Assembly (NCBI RefSeq): GCF_964194155.1
Contig: NC_135906.1
Span: 19,282,001-19,346,000, forward strand
DNA: 64,000 nucleotides
Origin: Cetorhinus maximus
Lineage: Eukaryota
Direction of reading: 5' to 3'
In this document: positions 1 to 12,603 of the stretch, one piece after another
Layout of the letters: every line of letters begins with the position of its first letter
Position numbering within the stretch: the first letter of the stretch is position 1
The notes under the pieces: model-generated
Database searches by the model: none
Told to the model about the DNA's origin: nothing
Seen by the model: only the letters and a program-made list of their open reading frames with translations
Made by a program: the position numbers and the translations under genes

Positions 1-390
1 GGTCTACTCCTGCTCCTACTTCTTGACTGCTTTAACTCTACAGTCATGCTCTTCTCGCACAGAGCCATGTACAAGTATGTCTTCCATATGGTATATTACT
101 CCTACCTTGCTTTCTTGCATTTGAGACATTGTTCTCTGGAAAATTTCAGGAGCAAATACAATTCCAAATGGTAATCTACTAAGCAATAATGACTGAATGG
201 TGTTAAGTGGCCAGTAATCTGGATTCTTTATCCAGAGGCAATTGCCAAAATCCACTGGTTGCATCCAATTTGGTGAATAGAGTACTCTTAACTAGTTTGG
301 AAAAGCTGTCATCCACTGAGGCCATGGGGTTGATCTCTCATTCCATTGATTTGTTTAGTTCTGTTAAATCCATGCAGATTCTAATTGAGC
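1..390 (-). mobile_element. Degraded Ty3/Gypsy reverse transcriptase fragment
   Basis: Minus-strand peptides IRICMDLT, FTKLDATSGFWQLP, RLPFGIVFAPEIFQRTM, GVIYHMEDILVHG, with frameshifts and stops. Confidence 0.8.
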
Positions 391-914
391 TGTTTATTCA
401 TGTGATGTTGCATCATTACATCAGCCTCCGTTACCCCTTGACAGGGACGATGGACGAACAGGACTTGGTATAGGAGAGGATACTGGCAGCAAATTTTTGG
501 ATCTGCTGAAGTTTATGGAGATTGAAAGTCTCTAGGTGGTGAGGGACCAGACAGAGTAGAAGTGGACAGAATTGCATAGTTAAATCAACCTTTATCCATT
601 TGGTTCCAGGCTCTAGGCATGAATCTAGATCGTTCAGATGCATTTAAAGTTGTTTTTTTTTTAGTCCTAAGCATAATCGAACACAAACCAATCAGAATAA
701 ATTGACAAAAATTACTCTGACCACAGAGGGTTGCTGGCGTTAGTAATGGAAATATCACACTGCTGCAGTATGACCTGTTTTGAAATGAGGTTGGAAACGA
801 AGATAGATTTCTGGGATAATATAGAAGAATTTGAGGACTGCCTGATGTACACTATGCCTGAATAGTGCTTACTTCTGTGACAACATGGAGTGTGATTATA
901 TTTGTTTTCATTGA

Positions 915-2063
915 AAATATAAGAGGTGACCAGGTGTGTAGATGAGGGCAATGCATTTGACGTAGTCTACTTGGACTTCAGCAAGGCTTTTGATAAGGTC
1001 CTGCATGGGAGACTGATAATGAAGGTAGGAGCCCATGGGATCCAAGGCAATTTGGCAAATTGGATCCAGAATTGGCTGAATGGCAGGAAGTCGAGGGGTG
1101 TTTTTGTGACTGGATGTGTCCAGTGGGGTTCCACAGGGATCGGTGTTGGGTCCCTTGCGACACGAAAATTGGTGAGGTGGTAAATAGTGAGGAGGATAGC
1201 CTTAGATTACAGGAGGATGTAGATGGGCTAGTCAGATAGGCTCATCAGAGGCAAATGGAGTTTAATCTGGATAAATGTGAGGTGATGCACTTGGGCAGGA
1301 AAAACAAGGCACGGGAATACACGATGACCCTGGGAAGTACCGAGGATCAGAGGGACCTTGGTGTGTATGTCCACTGGTCCCTTAAGGTAGCGGGACAGGT
1401 AGATAAGGTGGTTAAGAAGACTTATGGGATACTTGCCTTTATTAGCTGAGGCATAGAATATAAGAGCAGGGAGGTTATGCTGGAACTGTATAAAACGCTG
1501 GTTAGGCCACAGCTAGAGTATTACGTGCAATTCTGGAATCTGCATTATAGGAAGGATATGATTGCACTAGAGAGAGTACAGAGGAGATTTACCAGGATGT
1601 TGCCTGGGCTGGAGAGTTTAAATTATGAGGAGAGATTGGACAGACTGGGATTATTTTCCCTGGAGCAGAGGAGATTGAGGGGGGAACATGATTAAGGTAT
1701 ATAAAATTGAGGGGCATAGATAGGATAGACAGGAAGGAACTTTTCCCCTTGGTAGAGGGATCAATAACCAGGGGGCATACTTTTAAGGTAAGGGGCAGGA
1801 GGTTTAGAGGGGATGTGAGGAAGAATTTTTTCACCCAGAGGGTAGTGGAATCTGGAAGTCACTGTCTGAAAGGGTGGTAGAGGCAGAAACCCTCATAACA
1901 TTTAAGAAGTATTTGGATGTGCACTTGCGATGCCATGGCATACAAAGCTATGGGCCTAGTGCTGGAAAATGGGATTAGACTAGTTAGGTACTTGTTTGAC
2001 CAGCACAGACTTGATGGGCCAAAGGGCCTTTTTCCATGCTGTAGACCTCTGTGACTATGGCTC
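915..2063 (+). mobile_element. 5'-truncated CR1 LINE (RT C-terminus, 3' UTR, short-repeat tail)
   Basis: VVYLDFSKAFDKV, MEFNLDKCEVMHLG, LYKTLVRPQLEY, LERVQRRFTRM; ends ctctgtgactatggctcta; disrupted frames. Confidence 0.92.
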
Positions 2064-5000
2064 TACAGTCATTTAAACAGATGAACAATCAAGTAAATCC
2101 TTTCACACTTGATCCCTGCAAGTCAAGTGAATCCCAGGTGTTTATTGAGAAACTATCCCCTTTTTGTTATGACTACAATAATTATTCTAATTTCATATGA
2201 ACCGGAGTAGACCACTTGGCCTACAAAACTTGCTGTGCCATTTTTGTTACTGATGGTGGTTCTCTATCTCTTTAATCAAATTCCCTGCTCTTTCGCCATA
2301 TTCCTAATACCTCATGTTCCAAGTAGTTATCTATATCCCTCTTATTGATCTACATCGATCCCTCTTGAAGCTTTCTACATTCTATCAATCATTTGTGTGA
2401 AGACATTTTAACCAATTTAGTTTGAACTTTAAAATTAAGCCCCCTTGGCTCTGGGATAAAGCAACAATCTCCATCTATCTTATACACTCCATTATTTTGG
2501 GGTTCATTAATAATATAAGTTTAATGTCTGTTTTATTTGTGCCAATGGTGACCTGATGTAGTGGAGATCTGGAGTTGAGACACAAACTGACTGTGGATCT
2601 CAGCAGAGTGCAATACCTTTTCCAAGAAGTCTTCTTGTACTTGGCTCCCATGTCGGGTCATGCCCTGAATTTGGATTTAAGCTGAATTTAAATTTTAATT
2701 GTCACATTGGTGTGAACTAATGGTGCGCCTCATTGTGTAAAGGCAACCTTAAACACCTCAGTTAAATCACTCCTTTTCGTCTGCACGTCAAGAAAAGTTT
2801 CACCATCCTCAGGGGAGAACTTGAGTTAGAAACTTCATGGGGTCAATCTGAGGCTAGGTGTATGCACTGTGGTAATGATCATGAAGTCTATTGCCACTCT
2901 GACTATGACGACTCCAAAGATTTGTTCCAAGCCATGGCCTTAAATAGTTCATGATGCTAGCTTTGCAAACTAAACCAACATGTTGCATATCTACCCCAGA
3001 TAGATCTGATGGAATTCCAGTCTTGAGCAACATTCAGCTCCTTTATTCTGCGCTTTTGTGGACTAGATGGCAAGTAAAGAGCCTTCTACTCTGTACGAAA
3101 TAAAGTTTTCAGAAAGCACTCAGGAATAGCAATTGGCATAAACATTGCAAAATTGCAAGATGCTGTCAATTAAAGAATAAATCTTTTCAGTTTTTCAGAG
3201 CGGCAGCACTTGAGGGAGGGATATACTTTGAAAGTGCTCCCCTCCAAGATGTTATGCCTTTACTGGCACTCACTGTCTAGACTCTCAAATGAGTGGCTAC
3301 TTAGGCAAGGTACCCAAGGGCAGCAAGTGCCTATGGAATCATACACATTAAGATTTAAATGTCTTCAAAAGATGAGTTGTAAATTGGCAGATTATATTCA
3401 TGAAATTGAGAAGGAATTTTTAAACATTTCTTAGAATCATTGAATAGTTACAGCACAGTTTGTGCCAGCTCTTAAGAGCATCTTGCTAGTCCCACTCCTC
3501 CTCCATATTTTCTTGTAGCTCTGCCACCTTCAATGATTTTTGCACCTTTACCCCCAGGTCTAGCTGCTTCTACACCCCTTTAGAATTGTATCCTTTATTT
3601 ATAGTTCCTAAGAAGCTTTCTTTTAAAATAGGCACCATAGGTCCATTAAATCTTGATATGTGGGTTGGTTTTCACACTTGAAAGTTAACGAGATAAACTG
3701 ATTCGTGATGAAAACCTGTAACTATCTGCTCTAATATAATGCCTCAATCTATCTCGATCTACTTTAAATTATTAATGCTCATAATTTGTTAGTGCTTATA
3801 AAGTGTTTTCAATATCTAGTTGTGATACTCAACATTTACTGTTCACTGAAATACTGCAGGAGGGTGTAGTGGGGGAATGATCAATTAAAATTGAGCAGAG
3901 GTGTGGGAGATGGGTCTGACATGGTTGAGTGCCCTATCAACTACAGTGAGGGGAACCCTCAATTAAGGAAAATGGATCTATCAAAGGAAAAAGGCTCTCT
4001 TGCTCTGTTCCTGCTGGTCTTGGCAGCAGTTGTTGGACTCGAGTGGGGGCCTCATGTATAAATGCTAAAATGGATCCTATAATGTCAATGGGTCCCAATG
4101 ACGTTTTAAATGTAGCCTGAGCCGGAAACCTGCTTTAGCATCCTGGACCAAGGGAAGCAGGAGTGCTTCTTCGGTTCCCACATAGAAAATCACAGCCCCC
4201 ATTGCCCAATAAAGCTCCCCTTCCCTCCTGCAAGAACCTCCCAAAAGCACCTCCCCACCTTATGTCATCCCACACGATGTTTTGTGTTAACGCTGCTCTC
4301 CAGTTAGAACACTTTGCATTGTGTTGCTGCCGTTTCGTGTTAACATGGCCGTATGCATGAACATTCCCATGTTGAACCTGCAAGTGCTGGGTCTTGGGTA
4401 AGGTGGGGAGCAAGCAATCTTGGCAGGGCGTTTTGAGCCTTAGACAGACTGTTTTGCATAATGTTGCATTTTCCAGGAACCAATTAATGATCAGTGAGGA
4501 CTTCTGTTCCGTTGGTCATCCAATCTTCACCTGGTAGCAATCGCTGTGCATTATTTTCCTACCTACCCTTTTTCACACTTTTCTGTTCCTGGATATTTGG
4601 GGATTAAAATTGATCCTAAATAAAGTGGCTGCAAAAATATTTGATATTTTTTGAAAAATTGAAGGATTCATATTTTGCTTAACTGCCTTAGTTTATATTC
4701 GATGAACAGTAGGACAGATTACCATATGGAATGGAACTGTGTATAAGTGTTGTGGATAGTACTAACCTAATATCAGTACTAACTGATATCTCTCTGTCAG
4801 TTCACAAAAATGCCACACTTTTATTTGAGAAAGTATGGCTGCTTTCCTCCCGTAATTCTTCATCTGAAACTAGACATGGTGAATCAACATCATCCAAAAG
4901 GAGTCTTTTCAATGTGCTACAGAACCAGGAGCTCCCTTTACTGGTCTTAATGTTCTACTTCTCTTTATGCCTCCAACCCAAATCACAAATTGGTGCTGAG

Positions 5001-5291
5001 TAATTTCTTGCCTTCAGCAGCCTAGAAGCCCTGCTTATTGTCACCCTAAAACATGATTTAAATCAATGTTAAATTATTAAGAATTATAAGAAAATTTTAA
5101 AAATCAGAGCAAGAAAGGCCATTTATCCCAAGAATGTTCCATCCAGATTAGGATCTGATTATTCAATCAGTAATTTTGTTCCCACCAACACCTGCTATCT
5201 CCAACTGCAAGGAAGACTTCTCACACTGATCTTCTCTGATAAAGAATAGAAGCAGTGTGTAAAGAAAATAAAAATAAAATCTTATTAGCAT

Positions 5292-5919
5292 TGTTACAAT
5301 CCCCATGGGAGGACTGTAAACCAAAATAACCAAATTTACTGAATGACTCCCCCAAATGAAGAAATTACAAACAAGATTCTACTTTTTATGGCTTTTGGAA
5401 CCACATAAATTAAACATGAATTAACAAGCAAATGATACTACAAAACAAAGGTAAGTCCCTCTTTTTAAATGGTTGATACAACAAAGATCCATCTTACACA
5501 ACCATAAACATTCCCCTTCAGCATGTATGGCATTATGTTGCTACACAGTTCCATAATATGCTATTCTTTNNNNNNNNNNNNNNNNNNNNNNNNNNNNNNN
5601 NNNNNNNNNNNNNNNNNNNNNNNNNNNNNNNNNNNNNNNNNNNNNNNNNNNNNNNNNNNNNNNNNNNNNNNNNNNNNNNNNNNNNNNNNNNNNNNNNNNN
5701 NNNNNNNNNNNNNNNNNNNNNNNNNNNNNNNNNNNNNNNNNNNNNNNNNNNNNNNNNNNNNNNNNNNNNTCCAAGAAAAATGCAATTGATCCCTTTACAA
5801 TTGATGCAAGCTCTTTAAAGTTTTTTTCAAACATTCTTAAAAGCAATTAGAGATTCCAGACATTTTAAAGAAATTACAATTTTCCTTACTGTGTTGCTTC
5901 TGGGTCAAAGGTCATTGCA
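5292..5919 (-). repeat. 3' LTR (interrupted by assembly gap)
   Basis: Both gap flanks align by eye to the 10297-11273 copy (ctgtaaaccaaaat...; gcttctgggtcaaaggtcat). Confidence 0.85.
5570..5769. other. Assembly gap (200 N)
   Basis: Run of N. Confidence 1.
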
Positions 5920-6761
5920 CTTCCCTCCTTGGAAAAGAAAGCTTTATCATGGTTAAGTTTTCTTTACAATAATGTTCAAAATACGGCAAGTTCCTAACCT
6001 CAAACACTTTAACACATAGCGTATTACATCATATACAGGTAGCAACAATGATACATCTTATTTACAGAACAAACTTCATTACAAACGTACAGTTGTACTT
6101 TACAATCTTATAAAATCATGAATGTTCACCTGCCTTTAAGACATTGTTACCATCCTTTGTTCTTTAAACTCTTGACAGGGCACCTGCAATCATATTGTTT
6201 CAACCAGCAACATGCACAGCTTTTAGTGTAACTATCTGCAGCATTAAACTCCATTGAAACAGCTCTTGATTTGAACTTTCCTAGGAGCACCTGTAGGTTG
6301 TGGTTTGTATAGACTAGTACCTTCCTTCACTGTTCGTCACATACACTTCGAACTGCTGAAACGCCAGTTTAATCTTCCTTTTCGATGGTCAATTATTTTC
6401 TTTGATGTTTATCAAACTTCTTATAAAAGTAGCTAACCGGCCATTCTATACTGATATCATCATTTTAGAGCAACACCACTTCTACCCCTACATTACTGGT
6501 GTCAACAACCACTTTGATTGGCCTACTGAAATCTGGGCTTTAAGAACTCACTCAATGATTAAAATGGATTTTAACATCCTAGGTGCTATTTAATTTGACT
6601 GTGATCACTTGAACTTCATATTTTTCATCAATAAATTTGCCAGTGGGGTGACTATTGAAATTAAGGACAGATTTCTGGTAGAACCTGTACATATCCAGGT
6701 AATTGTAGTACTATCCATAGGGTCTATTACTTGTGCTAAGCCTACTGGCTGATTAGGTTCA

Positions 6762-7011
6762 TATTGTGTTGTTATCGATGACCTGTTGGTGTACAGTGAC
6801 ACTTGGGACGATCATATCCAGCATCTGAGAACTTTGTTTGACAGGCTGGCTAAAGCTAATCAACGTCATCAATCTGACAGAGAGTGAGTTTGCTAAAGCC
6901 ACGGTCACTTATTCACCACACGTGGTGGGCCAAGCTTGAGTGTTAAAGCAGGTCAAGGTTCAGGCCATAGTAAACCTTCCTGCTCCCAGGACCAAGAGAG
7001 AGATAACAAAA
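6762..7011 (+). mobile_element. Gypsy RT fragment, opposite in orientation to the host element's integrase
   Basis: IDDLLVYSDTWDDHIQHLRTLFDRLAKAN, ESEFAKATVTY, KVQAIVNLPAPRTKREI on plus. Confidence 0.8.
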
Positions 7012-8951
7012 CACTTCTTTAGTCTGTTCATGTGACACAGCCTTTTCTTCTGAGCGGGAGTATTAACTACATAGTTTACCTTATTGAGTTTCCTTTGAAT
7101 GCAGTAGAGTCCACTAAACTAGCTTTCAATGGTTTGCCAGGCAGAAATAACAAGACTAACATCTCCTGGGGTAAATGACATGCCTACATGGCTCTGTTTG
7201 CTCATGCTTTCATCATCTGTTGAGAGGCCTTGAAGTGTTCCCTAGCCACCGCACAAGCTTTCGAGAGCCTTTCCTAAAACTTGGACACATCAAGGAGGTT
7301 GGTCGTCTCCTCCTGGGCCCAGAACCATTCCTTAATAAGCTTAAGGGCACCCTAACCTCATACCCATAGACCAGTTCGACTAAAACAGGTAGACTCTTTG
7401 GCATGTCTCTAGCCATGAATAACACAAACAATATCCCTGATCCCAACCCTGGGGGTATTCAAAACAATAGACCTTAATCATAGTCTTGAAGGCCTGATGG
7501 TATCTCTCCAGAGCACCTTGAGACTATGATTACCTCTTGGAACATCCCTGACATAAAAGCTGATCCTTGGTCCAACTGAATTTCTTTTGGCAACCCATAT
7601 TTTGTGAAAAACTGAATGAGTTCGCCAATCACAATGTGCACTGTGATCCTTTTCAACACTATTATCTCCAGAAATCAGGTGGATGGTCCATGATGGAACC
7701 ATGATTGTCAGTAGAACCTTACTGAAAGGTTCATTAAATGCTGGAATTGGGATTAATGGGGCTGGCTTGATCAAAGTCTGGGGCTTCCCTACCACTGACG
7801 TATGTGACATGTCTTTCAAAATACAACCACATTCTTCCACTAAATAAAATTGTGCCAATATCCTAGCCCGTATCTTCCAAATACCCACATGATCTGCAAT
7901 TGGGATCTCTTAGGTGATCCGTAAAAACTCATTGCAGTAACATAGAGATACAACAGTTTGGTGGACTACAGCCCAATACTCACCAGCTGCCCCCTGAGGA
8001 GTCCTCCACTTTCTCATTAAAATGACATCCTTGATGTAATAACATTCATTGACCTTTGTAGCCTCTGCCTCAGAACACACTGTCTGAGACAAGCTCCTTA
8101 GATCAGGGTCTGCCTATTAAGCCTTAACTAAGGTGAACCTGCTAAACAATTCACCAAAACTACCCTGCGGGGAGCTGTGAGCTTTACTAGTCAGGACATT
8201 ATCACCTGGGTGATAGCCCTGTTGACTCGGCAGGTGCATCAGGCTTGTTTTTCTCATTTCTCAGCTTTCACGTACCTATTCTTAAGACAAAATCAGGGCC
8301 AGGAAGAGAAATCATGGGCCCTGGTGCTTCTCCTGTTTCTGGGCTCTTTATCCCACCCCCCCCACCCCCTTTTTTAACCCTCCCCTTCACATTCTTTGGG
8401 TGCCCAAAATTGGGAACCTTAGTCACTGTGGGGTCAAACTGTTTCATATAGGCCTAGCATAACTTTTTGTCTTTTGTACTCTATGCCTCTATTTATAAAG
8501 CCTATCAAAAGCTCAGGTTTCAGTATGATACACTTTACAACTGTGGCTTTGTCAGACAATTACTCTCAACTTGGTCACTCGTTATACAGCCAGCTCTGCT
8601 TCTTTAAACCTGACCCTATGCAATATCTGGCCAGCAACATCCAAAAGACTTGAACCTCATAAGCACCTCAAACAACAATACCATGTACAAATGAGAATAT
8701 CTTGAACTAACAGGGACTTATTCTTTTGGAGCGCGAGTCCTGGTTTCACTTCCAAGTTTAAAATTGGCAAAACCTTCCAGTAAGTTAGCACCAACCGATT
8801 CACTTGCAATAACGTACTATTTTTATCCACACGAGTGGGCTTTGTTAACAGAAAAATTACACTTTGCATCGAGTGATAAACATTTTCTCATTTTAAATTG
8901 AAACTAACCACACTTGCAAATGCTCAACGTGGACCATGTAATAGGAGAACA

Positions 8952-9160
8952 AAGTACTGCAGATGCTGGAAATCTGAAATATAAACAGCAAATGCTGCAA
9001 ATACTCAGCAGGCCAGGAAGTATCTATGGAGAGAGGAACAGAGTCAATGCTTCAGGTCCACAATCTGCACTAGTTCTGACGAAGGGTCACTGACTTCTGT
9101 TTCTCTCTGCACAGATGCCGCCAGAGATGCTGAGTATTTCCAACACGTCCCATTTCTATT
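8952..9160. repeat. Palindromic short repeat, probably Penelope-like terminal repeat derived
   Basis: Inverted arms aatactcagca...gagagaggaacagagtca and tgacttctgtttctctct...tgctgagtatt; related relics near 22520-22670 and 61540-62110. Confidence 0.6.
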
Positions 9161-10296
9161 GGAGCAAAAATAAACTCTTTTGCCAGCCTTCTAAAAAAAA
9201 ATCAGACTTCTTGTGAGCCTCTCAATCCCCTTCAGCAGGAAACCCAGCAGTAGCTTCCTGAGGTCTGGTTTGGCACATTAATCATGAATTCCAGAAAAAA
9301 AAGTTAAAGCTTGAAGAAAACATAAACAACTTGCTGAGCAAAAAAATCAATGTCAAAACAATAAATGGATAATTTAACAATGAGTAATTAATAAAAATGA
9401 CCGTTAAAAAGTGCCAAGCATCAGATCTAACTAATAAAAACTTTTTTACCATTTTCCTTAAGAAGCAGAGTGAAAGTGAAACAGACTAGACCTCAAGTCC
9501 TGGTTACCAGGGAAGGGGAAGGGGAAGGGAACCAGAATCAAGATAAGGAGTTGTATTTGACTAACGCCAACCTTGTGTACTTTTTGAGCTGGCCTTGGTG
9601 GAAGGCATATGAAAATGGGAGTCGGATGCGAGTTGCCTTTCAGCCTGGGTTTTCCTCCTCTCCTGGCCTGGTGTGTAAATAGGTTTTTGAGGAGGGAGAG
9701 AGGATATGGTTGGTGTGTGTGCGTGTGTGGTCTCTCACATTCACTCCTCGCTCTCTCACTCGCTCACACACACACTCATTCACTCTCACACTTGCTCATT
9801 GTTTGGAGCTTCAGTAAAAAAGCCCAAATTTCTCTTCCTCACTCTGCCTCCTTGTCCTTTAGTGGTGAATGTATTACATTCATATCCTTTTCACCTGAGA
9901 ATGTTCAAAGCTACATAGTAATCCCAAGTACAGCCTGTTTGTGGTCCTGTAAAATTCCAATATTACCTCATTTCTTTTGTATTCTGTACTTATAGATACA
10001 AGGATTTTTTAATCTATTTTTATGTGAACTTATGCTCCATCTTTTGAAGAACCTGCTTTAGAACCTTTAAGGCACTGCTGCAGCCTGTATATCATCTTTT
10101 CTCAACTGTTTCAAGTTTCTGGGAGTCAGACCCTCTCTTACAACAAAGGCTTGAGCCTCAAAGGTACTCATGTCAATTTCCCAATAAAATATAGCAAAAT
10201 CAAACATGAAATTTTGTTTGTTTAAATGCTGGAAAGTTCCAGTGAACCCATTTTAGTCTCTGGGTTCATATCCTGGACTTGAACTCCCAATTTTTT

Positions 10297-11273
10297 TCCA
10301 ATCCCTTTGGGGGAACTGTAAACCAAAATTACCAAATTTACTGAATGCCCCCCAAATGAAGAAATTATGAACAATGTCCCACTTTTTGTAGCTTTACTTT
10401 AACATAAACAACTTGGATTAACAGGCAAATAATACTCCAACTACAAAGGCAAATTTCACTTCAAATAATTGATACAACAAAGACTGGTCATACACAACCA
10501 CACCATTTCAGCATATATGGCATTACGTAGCTATACAGTTCCACAATATGCTGTTCTTCATTCACACAGGGTAAGTCAGGAGTCCTATACAACAACAGCT
10601 TTCACATCTGGGTTTTATTGGTACAGTTATCATCAGCAAGGCACAATTCTACAAACTTTTTCTCTCCATCGGGTCATGACAGCCCTGATGATAACTTTCC
10701 AGAGTTCCTTTTCAACCAACCAACCCAGCTCATGGCCTGGCCACTTCTGAGAAAACACCCAGCAGTGTCTCTGAGCTATTCACACAGTTTTCCAGGTTTT
10801 AGACCTTTTTAGCCAGCTTTCACAGTACCTCCAAAAGCTCTTGTCTCCTTTCTGCCAAATAGAAAAACTGGCCTCTTAAGTGATTTATTTGCTTCTTCTC
10901 GTGAGAATTCTGAGTTTCTCTTTCTGTCTCTGCTTTCTCTTTGTGTCTGCATCGGTGTGCTGATTGTCTTCATCCTCCATCCCCTCTGCTTGTAGCTTTC
11001 CTTTGTATCTGCAGCTCTCCTTTGTGTTCATCCACCTGGCATTTCTATCTTAAATTTCTTCCTGTTGGTACTGCTTCCAGATTAAGGGTTGGTAGGTCAC
11101 ATGGACCAGTATTTCTTATTATCCAAGAAATGTACAATTGATCCATTTACAATTGATGCAAAGTCTTAAAAGTCCTTTCCAAGCATCCTTAAAAACAATT
11201 ACAGATTCCGCAGACATTTTAAAGAAATTACAATTTCCCTTACTGTACTGCTTCTGGGTCAAAGGTCATAACA
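10297..11273 (-). repeat. 5' LTR, about 975 bp
   Basis: Homologous to 5292-5919; followed on minus by TGGGAGTTCAAGTCCAGGAT, resembling a tRNA-Pro PBS (TGGGGGCTCGTCCGGGAT). Confidence 0.85.
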
Positions 11274-12597
11274 ATGTATAAATTCAGCAAATGCAAAATG
11301 GGATATAAACAGCATCTGCAATTGTGGGTGTAAAATAGCAGATAATGCAACATATGAAACTTTGTACAGCAGGATATTTTATAACAGGGAGAGATAAACT
11401 TGCCAGCTCCTGTTTAGCAAAGGAGAATGATAGAAACAGTAAATAGTACAAGTAGTGTTATGGGTCAAAGCACATTAGACATTCTCATTTTCTTATCTAC
11501 TGTAAGTACTTTTACAGTTAAAGGATGAAAGTCTTAAATATTTATTTCAAAGAGACAATGCCTTAATGAAAAGGTATTGGGGAGAGTGAAGAACCACATG
11601 TTATTTTCATTATAATATTGTGCTTAAGTAGCCCTGCATTGTGTTTGTGTTGTGGGTTTGTAAATGCGAAGAGGGCATTTGTCAATCATTTGTTCAATTA
11701 TTAGTTCTCCTTTGGAAAGGGTGTGTAAAAGTGGAGAATAGAAAAAATTCAATGTAGGTATTTTGCTAGATGCTTGATCATTGTTATAAAATGAAAGATT
11801 GGTGCCACCACTTGGGCATTGTGCAGAAACTAGAAAATACACTGGGAATTAGTTTTGCTGTAGCCAGGGGTGGTAGGACCTAAACTAAATGTATATCAGT
11901 GATATATGTACTGACAGAGACATAACAGTGTACAGGACTTCCAAAACAATTCAACTGTATTAACACGCCCCTTTGAATGGTACTGGTGCTCTCTCACCAC
12001 CTGATATTTATTTTTGTGCACTATTTTTTCAGATCTGGAAGTCAGACTACTTTTTCCAGTTGGGGATAGTGGTATTATTCTTATCCAAATTAGCTCCAGA
12101 ACTAAGAAAATCACAAAAGTATTTGCAAATGGGCACTTTTTGTACAATCACTATACAAATGTTGTGATGAAAATAGTGCCAAAAGTCCAAAAGCTAAATT
12201 AGAAGCAAAGTGCAAACTACAAGTGTGTGTGTTTATATATACACATGTATGTTCATTGCACTTGCTTGACCAAAATCTGCAGCCAGTGTGCACTATTCCT
12301 GTCTGAACCAGTCTATTGCTATTGTATTTTGATATAGATCATTGCCGTCAAAAGAAAGCGAACTGCCTATAATGATTGATGTATTTCTTGTTTTGTCTTT
12401 TCACATGCTGTCTTTAATCTGTGCTTTATTGGCACAACGCCTTCTGAAATAATTCATCCAATCAAAATGCACTATGAAATTCATGTGTCCATCCATGTAT
12501 CTGTCTGTGTGTCCATGCCAACTAATTTTAAAACTGGTTGCAAATCAATCCCAATGCAATCCAATTACAATCATCCATCAACAACATCTACATATAG

Positions 12598-12603
12598 ACC
12601 ACG
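12598..12603 (+). CDS. CACNA1A: Candidate 6-nt alternative microexon of Cav2.1 (e31a/e31* equivalent), encodes Thr-Thr in the IVS3-S4 linker
   Basis: catatag|ACCACG|gttggt; no AG between 12359 and 12595; 8 YCAY motifs and ACTAAT upstream; phase 0 matches exon 32; position upstream of exon 32 matches known Cav2 e31a. Confidence 0.7.

Larger units (their letters stand above)
5292..11273 (-). mobile_element. Degraded Gypsy-superfamily (Gmr1-like) LTR retrotransposon with two LTRs
   Basis: Direct repeats at 5292-5919 and about 10297-11273, outer termini TGTTA...TAACA; integrase peptides on minus about 7012-8100 (ILMRKWRTP, PAPLIPIPAFNEPF, FTKYGLPKEIQLDQGSAFMS); degenerate PBS at 10270-10289; polypurine tract at 5920-5930. 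Confidence 0.85.

Noticed and set aside
3209-3248. Imperfect hairpin around actttgaaagt
   Set aside because: Short, bulged and unsupported; compatible with chance
5523-5846. ORFs spanning the N run
   Set aside because: Artefacts of the assembly gap
1-12358. Exon 31 (NYFRDAWNIFDF-like)
   Set aside because: Not found; region is mostly retroelements, so probably upstream of the window
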